Shown here piece after piece: positions 1-12,179 of a stretch of DNA of 64,000 bases. The DNA is taken from contig JAPMXV010000001.1 of assembly GCA_026936335.1 (NCBI GenBank), positions 248,001-312,000 of the forward strand, given 5' to 3'. This stretch comes from Mantamonas sphyraenae STR306 (Eukaryota > Protista > CRuMs). The translations under genes were made by a program, and so were the position numbers. Every line of letters starts with the position of its first letter. The stretch's first letter is position 1. The notes beneath the pieces are model-generated. The model was given only the letters and a program-made list of their open reading frames with translations. It ran no database searches and was not told where the DNA came from.

Positions 1-744
1 TCAAATGCGCCGGATCGCAAGACAGGGGTGCGCAGCTGGCGGGCGTTGCAAGCGATGACGAACGGCAGCGGTCGCGTGTGGCATCTGGTGGACATAGATG
101 TGGATGCCAGCGAAGTGGAGGCCAACTTGAAGCATGTGGCAGCCCTTGTGCATCCGCGAGACACAGAGATGGATGTAAACATTGCGTGCGCGTTGTGGTT
201 TGCGTCTCGAGGCACAGGCACGCTGGAGGAGGATGGCCAGGCTTACGAATCCACCGCACGCATTTTGCTATCGGGGTTGGGTGCTGACGAGCAGTTTGCA
301 GGGTACACGCGACACATGGCATGCTTTCGGCGCGGCGGTTGGCAAGCGCTGGATGCCGAGCTGCGATTGGATGTGGGCAGGATATGGCTGCGTAACCTGG
401 GACGCGATGACCGTGTGGTCGCTGATCACGGCAAGGAGCTGCGTTTCCCGTTTCTGGACGAAAAGGTGATGCACCACGTACGCAGCGTGGCCTTGTATCG
501 TTTGTGCAATCCGCACCTGGCAAAGGAGATTGGATGCAAGAAACTGCTTCGTGAGGCTGCCCTACTGACTGGATTGGACTCGGAGGGTTGTCAGCTGGCC
601 AAACGGGCCATGCAATTTGGCACACGCATTGCCAAGCTGCAACAGAAGCGCCGCGGGCTCACCAACAAGCAAGTTGCCGGCAACACAAAGGCAAACACCT
701 CCAAGAACAGCAACAGCAGCAGCAGCAGCAGCAGCAGCAATTGA
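1..744 (+). CDS. ASNSD1: Asparagine synthetase domain-containing protein (ASNSD1-like), 3' part; 5' end lies outside the window
   Basis: Motifs ILLSGLGADEQFAGY, RNLGRDDRVVADHGKELRFPFLD and KRAMQFGTR; poly-Ser tail encoded by a CAG repeat. Confidence 0.85.
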   Translation, partial: SNAPDRKTGVRSWRALQAMTNGSGRVWHLVDIDVDASEVEANLKHVAALVHPRDTEMDVNIACALWFASRGTGTLEEDGQAYESTARILLSGLGADEQFAGYTRHMACFRRGGWQALDAELRLDVGRIWLRNLGRDDRVVADHGKELRFPFLDEKVMHHVRSVALYRLCNPHLAKEIGCKKLLREAALLTGLDSEGCQLAKRAMQFGTRIAKLQQKRRGLTNKQVAGNTKANTSKNSNSSSSSSSSN

Positions 745-794
745 ATCCAAGGAGGGATGGGAGAAGATGTGTCAAATGTACTTTTGTGCATCAA

Positions 795-3700
795 TCATAC
801 GCACGCACTGATGTCCGTGGCACCGGTACCCGCCGTGTTGGTGCCATAGGGGCAATCAAAGCAAGCAGACAGGGCCTTGATGTTGCCATACTTGCCCTGG
901 GGACAGTTTTGGCAGCCGGGCGAGCCGTCGACACCGGAATACTGGCCCACTGGGCAGGATGTACACACGCCGCCGGCATTGCTAAACTCACCCGCCTGGC
1001 AGTCGTAGCAAAAGGTGCGTGAGTAGCCACTGGTCTTGCCTGCGGGACACGTGAGACAGGTGGCCGTGGTGGACGAGGGCTGATACAGGCCCGGTTCACA
1101 CAACTTGCAGCGGCCGCCAAACTGAGAGCGGGTGCCTGCACGACAAGCCTTCCGCACGCCCTGGATGCACTCGTAGCCGTCAGGACATGACATGCACGTG
1201 TTGTTCGAGCTCTCCAGATACTCGCGGTAGGGTGTGCAGGGCAATGCAATGCCGTTCTGGCAGCGCCAGCCCGTGAGACACGGGCTGCAGGCAGAGGCGC
1301 CACCAAAGGAAAAGATGGTGGGCAGCTGCTGATAGGGACAGGTGGTGATGATGCCAGCACGACAGTAGGAGCCTGCTGGACAGCGTTCGCAGTCTGTGTT
1401 GTTGAACTCGCCCGCCCAGTAGGAGCCGCCTTCGCAGAAGCAGGCGGTGGTGGGCTTGGTGACGAGGAAGATGTCGTCAAAGTAGGCCTCGCCCGAATGG
1501 ACCTTGAGTTGGATGCGAATGTCCACCGACTTGATGCGTTTGGTCACCGTAAAGTCTGCAAAGGCGTACTCGTAGTCGTGGGTGCCTGTGTTGAACACAG
1601 CCGCAGCCACGTTGCTGGCCGAGGTCAGGTCCTGGTACAGCACGTCCATCACAATGGCGTAATTGCTGTCGGGGCTGCCGGACACGTTGAACGCCCGGCT
1701 GTACCCGGCAATGCGCAGGTCGATGGCGTTGGGCTGGTCCAATGTCACCGTCTGCGCCGCACCGGCCTGGAAGAACGTGGTGTTGTCCGACACCAACCGC
1801 GCTGCAAAAGGAAAGTCGTTGCTGACGTTTGTGTACCCCCCGGAAATGTAGGAGAATTGGGGCGAGGCCACCCACGAGCCCTGAAAGTCAAAGTGGGGAT
1901 TGGACACCAACGAGCCGCCATACTTGCTGTCTGTGCCATCGCAACGTGAGCACGACGACCAGCCCTGCATGCTGTACGTGCCATTGGCACAGGGCGAACA
2001 CGACGCCTGGTTGGGCAGGCCAAAGAACATGGGTTCGCAGCCCGTGCAATCTTCGATCGACGTGCCCCCCGTGGGCAGGAACGAGCCGCCCGAACACGTC
2101 ACACAGTACGAAAAGCCCGCAAAGCTCCACGTGCCCGAGGGACACGCCAGACACGGCGTCGAGCGGCCCGGTGCGTCGTTGAACTGTCCCGCTGTGCAAT
2201 TGAGACAGGTTTGCGCGGTGGTGGCGCCCACGGTGGCCGAGTACGTGCCGTTGGGACACAGGGTGCACGTCCCCTGGCCCAGTGTGTCTGCATACGTGCC
2301 TGGCAGACAATCGACACAGGTGGAGGGTGAGGTGGCGGCCTCGACGTCGCTGTACTGGCCCAGATTGCACTTGTAGCAATCCAGGGCTGTGGTCTGACCT
2401 GTGCTATTGCCCCAGGAGCCACGCGAACAGTTGCGACACACTCCCAGCCCCGGCACATCTGCGTAGGTGCCCTTGTCACAAAAGAGACAGTCGTTGGCGG
2501 TGGTGGAGCCGCTGTTGGGGTTGTACTTGCCCACAATGCATCCGGTGCAGGAGGAGGCAAACCCAATGCTCCACGTGCCCGGCAGACAGTCTTGACACAC
2601 AGAGAGACCGGCTACGCCCGTAAATGTGCCCTTGGGACACGGGGTGCACGACGTCGACGCGGGCGCAGGACTGAACAAACCGGCCTGGCATGGATTGCAT
2701 GTGGTGGACGACGCCGAACCAAACAGGGCCGAGGCCGTGCCTGCGGTACAATTGTTGCACAGGGAGCGTCCCGAGTTGGCTTGGTACTTGCCACGTGGGC
2801 AGCTGGTGCAGGTGAGGACGGTGGTGGCGCCGAGGACGGTGGAGAAGGAGCCCGGCGCGCACGGGTCGCAGTCGGTGATGATGGTGGAACCCGTCTTGGT
2901 GTTGTAGAAGCCTGCGGGGCAGTCGAGACAGACGGAGGAGCCGAGGACTTCGGAGTAGGTGCCCGGGGCGCAGAATGTACAGTTGTAGGCGCCCGGGGAG
3001 GAGAAGGAACCGCGTGTGCAGTTGCCACAGCTCGAGTCGCCGTCGGTGGTGAAGAAACCGCCGGGACAGAGGATGGGTGCGTAGGAGCTGGTGGTGAGGT
3101 CGCTGAGGGTGAAGTAGCGGTCGCGGCCGCCAAACACATACAAACGTTGCGTGCTGTCAAGCCACGCGGCCATGTGGGACCGACGCACCGAAGGCGGGGT
3201 GCCCAGCATGGTGGGCACAATCCACTTGTTCAGCGTCACGTCGTAGCTCCAGAAATCCTGGAGAAAGTCGGTGGGGAAGGTGCCCTCGTAGCCGCCAAAG
3301 ATGAGCACACGCTTGTTCACATTGACTGCAGTGTGACCCCAGCGACGCAAGGGAGGATCCACAAGGCCCGTGTTCAACGAGGGTGTCAGCTGCTCCCAGC
3401 GCCCCGTGCTGAAGCAGAACCGATCCATAAAGTCGTTGATGAGGTTGGTGGTGGGATGCTTGCCGCCAAACACGTAGATGCAATCGCCCACCGGTGCGTT
3501 GCAACTCATGTGCGATCGCGCACGTGGCGTAGCACTGCCCGCAGCGCCCACCACACGTGTCCAGTTGCCCGAGTCGAACGAGTAGGCCCACAGGTCGTTC
3601 AGCGGCTGATTGAAACGATCACCGCCGCCAAACACCCACATGCTCTGCCCGCTGATGTTGTACTGGTCACGCACAGTGAGGGCACAGTGGCCATACCGTG

Positions 3701-4771
3701 GCTGTGGCCACCTTCCCGCGGCCTCCAGCTGCGTCAGATTGGCCCCCGACGAATACGTCGTCCACGTCTGGTTGTGCAGGCCGCGAAACAACAGCATGTC
3801 GTTCAGAGGCGTTCCTGCAACCCCAAACCCTCCAAACACAAGCATGCCCTTGCGGTACACCGTTTGGTTGAAGTATGTGGTCGTGTTGCCCTGGGTGCTG
3901 CTCAGATTGGTCAGCTGAACCGGCGTTTCCAACTCCACCGCTGTGTGGTCGGCTCGTGAAGCTGTGGTTGGTGAAACGGGGGGGACAGGGGGAGAGTGCA
4001 CGTGGTGATACGGCGACGGGGGTGGTTCCGTGTGGGCGATTGTGTCAGTGGGAGGCGGAAGGGGGAGGGCATGATTAGGATGCTGTGCGCAGAAACGTAC
4101 TCAGCACCCCGGAGCTCGGAAACGCATACCACTGGTTGTTTGCTGCGGGCGGTACAGTGGCGTACAATGACGGTGGCAGTGCGTAGGGTGGTGTGAGCAG
4201 TCAGGCATGGCGTGATGGGCATGCCATTGAGCACGAGAGGAGGTGATAAAACCGAGATTGGCGCCAGCCGGCAGTTCGACCGGACCGTTTTTTGAAAGGG
4301 TTCAACGTACTCGAATTGTAGGCCCAGAACTCGTCGGTGACGGTGCCGTCCACCTTGCGGCCTCCGTACACATAGAAATTGGTTATATTGCCGTGGAGCT
4401 CGGTGGTTTCGAGCTGCACCACGGAAGACTCGGAGAGCGAGGGACCCGAGGTGGGGATGCCCGTCCATTGGCCCGGCGGAACTGCAAGCGCGTGCGGTAA
4501 ACACACAGAGACGCGTTGCAGATAGGGCCACAGGCGAGGAGGCAGTAACATGGGGAAGAGAGACGGGGGAGGGCGTGGGTGGGAGGATGGTGGGGTCAGC
4601 ATGCGTGTCGGCAATGAGAGGTAAGGAAAGGAACTTTGGGAGCGGGAAACGGCACAGGAGACGCATGACACCAAGGGACCTGCCACTGGACGTACTGGAA
4701 AGTGAATAGATCTGAGAGTACACGAGGACCACCTGCAGTGCCAGAGTGGCAAGCAGCAAGAGTTTGTGCAT
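795..4771 (-). CDS. Secreted kelch-repeat protein with Cys-rich TNFR/GCC2-GCC3-like repeats and an inserted carbohydrate-binding-like domain; introns near the 5' end
   Basis: Signal peptide MHKLLLLATL (ATG at 4771); kelch repeats (xxxFGG, PxPRxGH); many CxxCxxGxF/Y repeats; beta-sandwich-like insert LVSNPHFDF...YFDDIFL. Confidence 0.75.
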
Positions 4772-4823
4772 CTCGGAAGAGGAATGTGAGTGTGTGTGTG
4801 CGGAGGGTGGAAAACTTTGTTGT

Positions 4824-5228
4824 TTACACAGGCGCATGGTCATCGTTGGAGGCGGAGGTGGGACGCACAATGACACCGTTGACGACAGAGACGCCGGCGT
4901 CCGGTTCACGGGTTGGGAGGATTTCGATCCAGTCGAGGCGGAAGGGAGATTTGGTTTTCAGATTGGCGAGCAGGGCAATGAGGAACCAGACAAAGCACTG
5001 CAGAAACATCCACGTGTCAAACCATGCAAACACGCCCCAGGAGATGAGATAGCCAATGATGATGCCCGACAAATGGCCCACAAAGCTGGCCCGTCGGATG
5101 ATGAGACTCGTAAAGATCAACGAGCCAAACGGCGCCAGACTCAAGGGCACCTGAAGGATGCCAAAGAAGTTCAGTGTCTGTGCACCCAGTTGTGACGCCA
5201 ACGTCATGACTCCAAACACCACGCTGGT

Positions 5229-5272
<44 letters not shown>

Positions 5273-6043
5273 CCGTGGGGTGTGTGCAGCAGGCCGCGCA
5301 ACAATCCCGCGCCGAACGCCACGTACCAGGAGTAGCCCACTGCCATGGAATGACGATACTCTTCGCGGTGATACGAGTGGATCAGGGTGTGATAGATAGC
5401 CACGATGACGAGCATGGAGCCCACCATGAGCAGGAAGGAGTACTTTAAATAATCGACAAGGCCCAGCTGTGGAACAGAGGATGGTGGGGAAGGGAAAGAG
5501 GGTGGGTTGAGATACGCATGAGCATCGAGAATCAAACCCGTTTGGGGGGAGTGGTGGTGGTGGTTGGGAGAGCAGGGGATGAGGGCACGCTCTTGCTCCC
5601 ATGGGCAAACGCACAACCATTTCCAGATAGCCCAGGCTCCAAAGGGAGCTCATATTGAAAAACAGGTGGATGAGAGAGATGTGCGAGACAGATGCAGTGA
5701 ACATGCGCCAGTACTGTCCCTCTACGACGACGGCTGCGCGGTGGGGACGAGTGTGAACGTGCGTCAGAGGTGGCCGCTTCCGACGGGGAACCAGTGGGAC
5801 GACAAACCCGACAAACTGGGCAACAACCGCAGTGTCCAATTGCATGCATGTGTTGTGTGTGTGTCTGTGTGTCTGTGTGTCTGTGTGTGTGTGTCTGCAT
5901 GTGCACTCACCGTTGTACGAAAAGCCGACGTCCGGATAGTCGTAGTGGTAGTTTGTGATGTACAAGTATGTACTCACCATGGCCACAACCAGCACAGATG
6001 TGGCTGGTTTGTCCACCACCTCGTACAAAATGGGCGTGGACAT
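4824..6043 (-). CDS. Rhomboid-like intramembrane serine protease, 4 exons
   Basis: Spliced product contains QYWRMFTASVSHISLIHLFFN, GYSCVVFG (catalytic Ser) and SFVGHLSG (catalytic His); GT-AG introns at about 5910-5734, 5617-5467 and 5326-5225. Confidence 0.85.
5232..5270. repeat. (GT)n microsatellite in a rhomboid intron
   Basis: Perfect GT dinucleotide run. Confidence 0.95.
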
Positions 6044-6150
6044 TTGACTGACCGAAGTTGCCTTGCAGCACCCTGCGTGCGCAGCGTGACTCAGCCAAAC
6101 TAAAGAACACCCACACCCACAATCTCGTGCGCTTGTCATCTGCAGAAACC

Positions 6151-8646
6151 ATGAAAGTGTTGATGGTGGGCGAGAAACCCTCGATCGCAAAGTCAATTGC
6201 GTCGTCGCTGTGCCAGGGCGACTACAACTACGAGAAACACGGCTCGTTGCCCACCTATGAGTTCTCGGGAACCTTTCAGGGCCAGCGGGCAGACTTTGTG
6301 GTCACCAGTGTAGCGGGGCACGTGTACAGCACGGACTTTCCCCAAGAGTACCAATCGTGGTCGGCCACAGACCCACTGACCCTCTTTGACGCGCCAGTGA
6401 AAAAGGTGCCTGCAGACAACCATGGCAGCGTGTGCAAACACCTGCAGCGGTGCGCACGTGGCTGCGCCCACCTTGTGTTGTGGCTGGATTGCGACCGAGA
6501 GGGAGAAAACATCTGCTTCGAGGTCATGGACAACACCCTCGGCTGGATGGACAAGCCACGCAACGGCGAGCAGTGTGTGTGGCGTGCCAAGTTCAGTGCC
6601 CTCACACGCTCGGACATCGTCAAGGCCATGTCCAACCTGGGCTATCCCAACGAGAACGAGGCCCGTTCCGTCGACGCACGCGCCGAACTCGACCTCAAGG
6701 TCGGCGTCGCCTTTACCCGTTTCCAGACCTCCTTCTTCCAGGAGCGGTACGGCGACATGAACGGAGGCGTCGTGTCGTACGGCCCTTGCCAAACACCCAC
6801 GCTGGGCTTCACCGTAGAGCGCCACGACGTCATTGTGGGGTTCCAGCCGCAGCCGTTCTGGGCCCTCCGCCTGGAACTGGCCAAGGGTGACCGCATTGTC
6901 AAGGGCCTGGAATGGGAGCGTGGGCGCCTGTTTGACCATTCGATTGCGCTGGTGTTTGAAAAGCTGGCTTTTGAGGACAAGGAGCACGGGGCCCTGGTGG
7001 TCAGCGTCACCACAAAGCGAGACAAAAAGGCCCGCCCCAAGCCACTCAACACGGTGGGACTGCTCAAGGTGGCCTCCCAGCAACTGGGCATGGGACCACA
7101 CCACGCCATGCAGATTGCAGAGCGTCTGTACATCTCTGGGTACATTAGTTACCCTCGAACGGAAACCACCAGCTACCCAGACTCCTTTGACGTCGAGTAC
7201 GTGCTGCAACAGTTTTCCCATCACAGCATGTACGGCGAGTATGTGCAAGACCTGCTGTACGACGGATTGACGCGAGCCAAGGCTGGTGAGGATGTTGGAG
7301 ACCATCCTCCCATCACTCCCATGTCTGTCGCCGAAGAGGGCGTCCTCGGCGGCGACGAGTGGCGCCTCTACGATTACATTTGCCGTCACTTCATTGCCAC
7401 TGTCTCGCCCGACTGTTCCTACACAAAGACCCGCGTCACCTTTGCCCTGGGCCGCGAACACTTTGCCATCAGCGGGAAAACGGACATCGACGACGGCTAC
7501 ACCGCCCTCATGACATGGCAAAAGGTGCAATCGGATGGCTTGCCCGAGTTTACAGAGGGTGAGGTGGTTGAGGTGGCCGAAGTGTGCCTGAGGGACGGGG
7601 AAACGTCGCCCCCGGAGTATCTGACGGAATCCGAGCTGATTTCTCTCATGGAAAAGAACGGCATTGGCACGGATGCGTCCATTCCCACACACATTAACAA
7701 CATCTGCCAGCGTGGCTATGCCAACGTGGAGATTGCAGGCTCGGCACGGTACATTGTGCCGACGGAGTTTGGGGTGACGCTGGTGCACGGCATCCAACGC
7801 ATCGACCCGGACCTGGTGCTGCCCAAGGTGCGTGCACACATCGAGAAACAGATTTCGTTGGTGGCTTTGGGCCAAGCCGACTATGACACGGTGGTCCAGC
7901 ACGATCTGGCTTTGTTCCAGAAGAAGTACGAGTACTTTGTGAGCAAGATCGAGCGCATGAACTCGCTGTTCGAAGCCCAGTTTGACGAGGTGGTCAGCTC
8001 GCAGGGCAAGATGCTCTCCAAGTGTGGAAACTGCACACGTGTGATGAAGTATCTGCCTCTGCGTCCGCCTAGGCTGTACTGCACAAGGTGCGAGGAGACA
8101 TACACCCTCCCTGCGGGTGGGCAGATCAAGCTGTACAAGGAGATCACGTGTCCCCTGGACAATTTTGAGCTGGTGCTGTTTAGTGTGAAAAAGGGACGCT
8201 CGTACCCGCTGTGTCCCCACTGCTTCAACAATCCGCCGTTTGAAAACATGACGCACATGTCCTGCACCCAGTGTCTGGACCAGAGCTGCCAGTACTCGCT
8301 TGCAAAGACCGCAGTCACGCCGTGTGTGGAGTGCAATGGCACGCTGGTGCTCAACCTCAACAGCGCCCCAAAGTGGACTCTGGATTGCAATCAGTGCCCG
8401 TTTGTCGTCCGCTTGCCGCAGGCCCACAAGATCAAAGTCACCAGCAAGATCTGCGACGACTGTGCCTCTGCCATCCTTCGTGTCGACTTTAACAAGAACA
8501 ACAATCCCCTTGGCGGCGACGACACCGTGTACCGAGCCTGCGTTCTGTGCGATCCCCTCCTCAATTCTCTCACCGAAATGGGCCACAGTCGCATGAAAAA
8601 CAGGCGCAGCTTTGTCAAGAAACGACGCAAGAAGCGACGCGGATGA
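6151..8646 (+). CDS. TOP3B: DNA topoisomerase III beta
   Basis: MKVLMVGEKPSIA, WLDCDREGENIC, SYGPCQTPTLGF, GYISYPRTET (catalytic Tyr), GIGTDASIP and C-terminal zinc ribbons; intronless. Confidence 0.95.
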   Translation: MKVLMVGEKPSIAKSIASSLCQGDYNYEKHGSLPTYEFSGTFQGQRADFVVTSVAGHVYSTDFPQEYQSWSATDPLTLFDAPVKKVPADNHGSVCKHLQRCARGCAHLVLWLDCDREGENICFEVMDNTLGWMDKPRNGEQCVWRAKFSALTRSDIVKAMSNLGYPNENEARSVDARAELDLKVGVAFTRFQTSFFQERYGDMNGGVVSYGPCQTPTLGFTVERHDVIVGFQPQPFWALRLELAKGDRIVKGLEWERGRLFDHSIALVFEKLAFEDKEHGALVVSVTTKRDKKARPKPLNTVGLLKVASQQLGMGPHHAMQIAERLYISGYISYPRTETTSYPDSFDVEYVLQQFSHHSMYGEYVQDLLYDGLTRAKAGEDVGDHPPITPMSVAEEGVLGGDEWRLYDYICRHFIATVSPDCSYTKTRVTFALGREHFAISGKTDIDDGYTALMTWQKVQSDGLPEFTEGEVVEVAEVCLRDGETSPPEYLTESELISLMEKNGIGTDASIPTHINNICQRGYANVEIAGSARYIVPTEFGVTLVHGIQRIDPDLVLPKVRAHIEKQISLVALGQADYDTVVQHDLALFQKKYEYFVSKIERMNSLFEAQFDEVVSSQGKMLSKCGNCTRVMKYLPLRPPRLYCTRCEETYTLPAGGQIKLYKEITCPLDNFELVLFSVKKGRSYPLCPHCFNNPPFENMTHMSCTQCLDQSCQYSLAKTAVTPCVECNGTLVLNLNSAPKWTLDCNQCPFVVRLPQAHKIKVTSKICDDCASAILRVDFNKNNNPLGGDDTVYRACVLCDPLLNSLTEMGHSRMKNRRSFVKKRRKKRRG

Positions 8647-8697
8647 AATGATGAGGAGAGAGGTGTGAAGGTGTGCAAAGGGAACAAAATCGCACGT

Positions 8698-8747
8698 TCA
8701 TTCGCTGTTGTTGCTGTTGCGCCTGTGGCTGTTGTGGTGGCTGTGGC

Positions 8748-8790
<43 letters not shown>

Positions 8791-11700
8791 CCTGTTGCTG
8801 TTGCGTCCGTGGCCATTGCGTCCTCCACGGTTGCGATGCTGCGGTGGTTTGCCGCCGCCGCCACCAACACCTCCCGCGCCTCCGCCTCCTCGTCGTCCAC
8901 CCCTCGTGGTCCCCTCCCGCCGCCACCGCCACCGCCACCGCTGCCCCCTCCTCGTTGGCCGTGGTTTTTGTTACCGTTGCTACTGTGCTGTCCGTGGCCG
9001 CCTTTTCCGCCGCCGCCGCCGTGGTGACCGTGGTGACCGTGGTGGCCGTGGCCGTCGCCTCCACCTGTGTTGCCTCCCGATGGGCTGATGTTGAGTTTGT
9101 TGAGCAGACGTCGCCCATGGTTGCTGCGTTGCAGCATGGCAGCGTGTGAGGCTACGCGGTCGCGCAGCTGCCGTTGTTCGTTGCGTGGCAGACACTGCAC
9201 GGCCGTTTGCACCACATAGTTGGCATACTGATCCTGCAACAGGGACAGCAGCTGTTCGTCATCCACATCGGACAGCGATTGCGTTTCCGGGTCGCTGTGA
9301 AACAGGTCGTGCACCATCAGGAGGCTCAGACGGCTGTCCACGCTCTTCAGCGCGCACTCAATCACGTTGGACGCGCACTTCTGACAGGCAAACTCCGTCA
9401 CCGAACCCAACAGAGCCCTTACAATGCGTTCGTCCACGTCCATGTCGTCGTGTGCGTTCGCGTCCTGTGTTTCGGCCGCCGATGCGCTCAGACTTGTCGT
9501 TGAGGTTGTCGCACGGGTGGACAACCGGTGCGCCGAGCGACTGCCACGCTCCAGTGCGTCCTCATCTGCGCCGGCACGGGAGGTCTCTGTGTCCTGTCCG
9601 CCGCTGTTTTTGGATCCGATGTGCATCTCGATGATGTACTGCACCACATAATTGGCAAACGGGTCCTGGACAAGCTCCAGAATCTGGTTCAGCACCGCCT
9701 GGACAATCTGCAGCTTTTGGTCGTGACGTCCTGCGTCGAGGCAGCGTTGGATGACACAGCAACCGTGTCGATGGCGTGCTGTGAGCTCAATCTGCTCACA
9801 CAGGCCGTCGTACAGAGGCTGGAGACTGTGCGAGTCGATGAGCTCCAAACAGCGCTGGAGCACGTGGTTGCCGTGCACATTGTTGGAAATGAGCACCAGG
9901 TCGGTGCACAGGGCATTCACAACAGCCTCGGCCTGCTCAGTGGTGTGCACACAACGCACAAGCTTCTGTACAGCGCGTGTTCCGTGCACAGTGGTGGCAA
10001 TATCCACCAGCTCCGCCGCCAGAATGTCAATCATGGTCAGCAACTGGGCGGCGTTGGCACACTCAAACAGCTTCTGACACAGATAGTTGCCGAATGCGTC
10101 CACCATGAGGTCGTGCAGTTCCTCGTGCACCTCCTCCAGCACAAACGAAACCATGGCCTCCTGGGCCTCCCCTTCGAGCGTGTCCAGCACCCGCTGCAGG
10201 TACCGACAGCCCATTTGGTTGCGAGACCAGCCACTCACTAGGCCTCGCATGGATTCCGGCGTGGTGTACACCGCTTGCAGCGTCTCAAAGTCGTCGTCCG
10301 TGAGCATACCCGAGCCCATCAGCGACTGTGCGTGTTCCTCGCGTTCCGCCAGCTCGCTCAAACTCGCTGTGGCTGTGTGTTGGCCCATGCCTGCGTTGGG
10401 AGGCATGGTGTGAGCATGTCCGGACGCCCCTGCGTGGCTTTCGCGGCCCGGGGCCACGTGTGCATCGCCTGTTGTGCTCTGCATTGGCTGTACCAGCTCC
10501 GAAGGGCCCATCTCATTGATTGGTTGGCCTTCCACGCCTTCCTCGTGTGCGTAGGGGCAGTGCGCTCCGTTGCGGCAAAAGCCCTGGGAAAAATAGCGGC
10601 AACGCGGAAGTTTCGCGTGCGTTGTGGTCGTCGTCGGCCCCGTGGACGGCCCCGTGTCGGTGCTGCTTGGGTGTTGCTGTGTCACAGACTCATCCCCCCG
10701 ATTGGTGTGTGCGGTATGCAGTGTCTGCGTGTCCGAGACGACGCGCGTGTGTGTGCCGGTGCGGAGGCCGTGGTGCAGTTGTTGCTGCTGCTGGTGCACC
10801 ATGTTCTGCATGGCACGCAATGCAATGGGTGAGCGGTTCGACGCACGTGCCGGCGACACACTGCGCAGCATCATGCGCGTTGTCGTACTGCTCTGCGTAC
10901 TCGTCATGCTCGTCCCCCCCGATGCCGCCTGGCCCATGTGGTGTGGTTGCCCTCCTGTTGTCTGCTGTCCATCTGACGGGCTCAGGAAGCCCGTGCGCAC
11001 ATTGGTGGGCGACAGGTGACCTGAACGGTCCATGCGACTTTCTCTTGCCACGTTTCCGTTTGCCCTGCCCTGGTCCAGTCCGCCGTCGTCGGCCGGCAAA
11101 CCGTTTCCGTTTTCAAAACGTGCTCCCATGCTCACGTTTACACTCATGTCCATGCCCATGAACCAACCCTGCAATGAGTCGTATGCAGCCTGTTGGTTCA
11201 CGCCCCTGTCTTGTAGAGGCGAGTATCGCTCGGTGGAGCTGCCCAGAATCTCCCCTTCTTTTGCTTCCCCGTTCTGCAGCGTCCCACCCAGATCCATACT
11301 CCTCATGGAAACGTCATACAGTGCTGCCGAAGGCCCAAGTGCATCGCCTGGGACCACTCCCAGGCCGAATCCCCCATGCAATGCATGTGTTTCCGCAAAT
11401 TGGTATTCGGTGCCCAGATCCCTCTCGTCCGTGCTGCGTCCCCAAAGATGTGTCAGAGCAGTGTGATGCACGCCAGCCTGTTCCACTTTTGCATCTCCCT
11501 CTGCCCGAGGCCATGACAATTCTTGTGGTGCCGTATGCCTCGGATGTCTGCTTGCGCGCCCAGACAAAGGCACTTCGGGGAGTTCTGGAAGGCAAGCAGG
11601 CCCTAAAAACGCGCTTTTCTTTCCACACCCTCAGTCATCACTCACCTCAGGGTTCGTACGCCGATGGGCACGCGTATTGCCGGCGAACTGTTTACAGGCG

Positions 11701-11854
11701 AGTCGTCCGTGTTGACTATGCTGCTCCATGAGCCTTGCGAGCCCTGTCGATGGAGTTTTGGGCCGCTTCCAACAGAATTGGGCGAAGAAGCATTGGAGTT
11801 TGGTGACGTGCTTCGTTCGGACACCAAACCATCCATGCCCGCTGAATACATCAT
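8698..11854 (-). CDS. Pumilio/PUF RNA-binding protein with a CCCH zinc finger; probable 1-bp frameshift near 8900; 5' exon structure uncertain
   Basis: CRYFSQGFCRNGAHCPYAH zinc finger; PUF repeats GCRYLQ, GNYLCQ, GTRAVQ, GNHVLQ, GCCVIQ, ANYVVQ, ASNVIE, ANYVVQ; Gly/Asn-rich tail continues in a shifted frame to TGA at 8698. Confidence 0.85.
8748..8790. repeat. (GTT)n trinucleotide repeat, encoding poly-Asn in the Pumilio tail
   Basis: Directly visible repeat. Confidence 0.9.
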
Positions 11855-12179
11855 GTGTGCGCTCTCGTGAACTTTTGGTGGGATGTGATGTGATGTGATG
11901 TGGTGTGATGAGAGGTGTGATGTGGTGACGTGTGTGTGTGCCTTGTGCGGTCCAAGGACGGGAAACGGGTCGGTTTGGCACACGGAGGGCATTGAATGCA
12001 AGACATTGCAAAAGTCGACACAAACTCATCGGCAATCGATTCCAAGGGCCACCAAAAGCGCATTCATCTCCTGGTGGGCATGTTTCCGGGCACACGGAAA
12101 GCAGTGTGAACGGGAACGCGTCAAGAGCAAGTTCCCGTTTTGCGACTCGGCGGACCAATCGACTCCGCAAACTTCATCC

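Noticed and set aside
6193-8586. 797-aa antisense ORF (similar ones at 12237-14792, 43952-47437, 50387-52012 and 23614-25200)
   Set aside because: These are shadow ORFs opposite real genes, expected from high GC3 codon bias, with no recognisable motifs
8391-8697. Apparent coding overlap between Pumilio and TOP3B
   Set aside because: Better explained by a 1-bp indel at about 8900
11882-11940. (GATGT)n and (GT)n repeats in the Pumilio/DUF389 divergent gap, and (CA)n(GA)n at 17107-17144
   Set aside because: Ordinary microsatellites, common in introns and UTRs throughout the window
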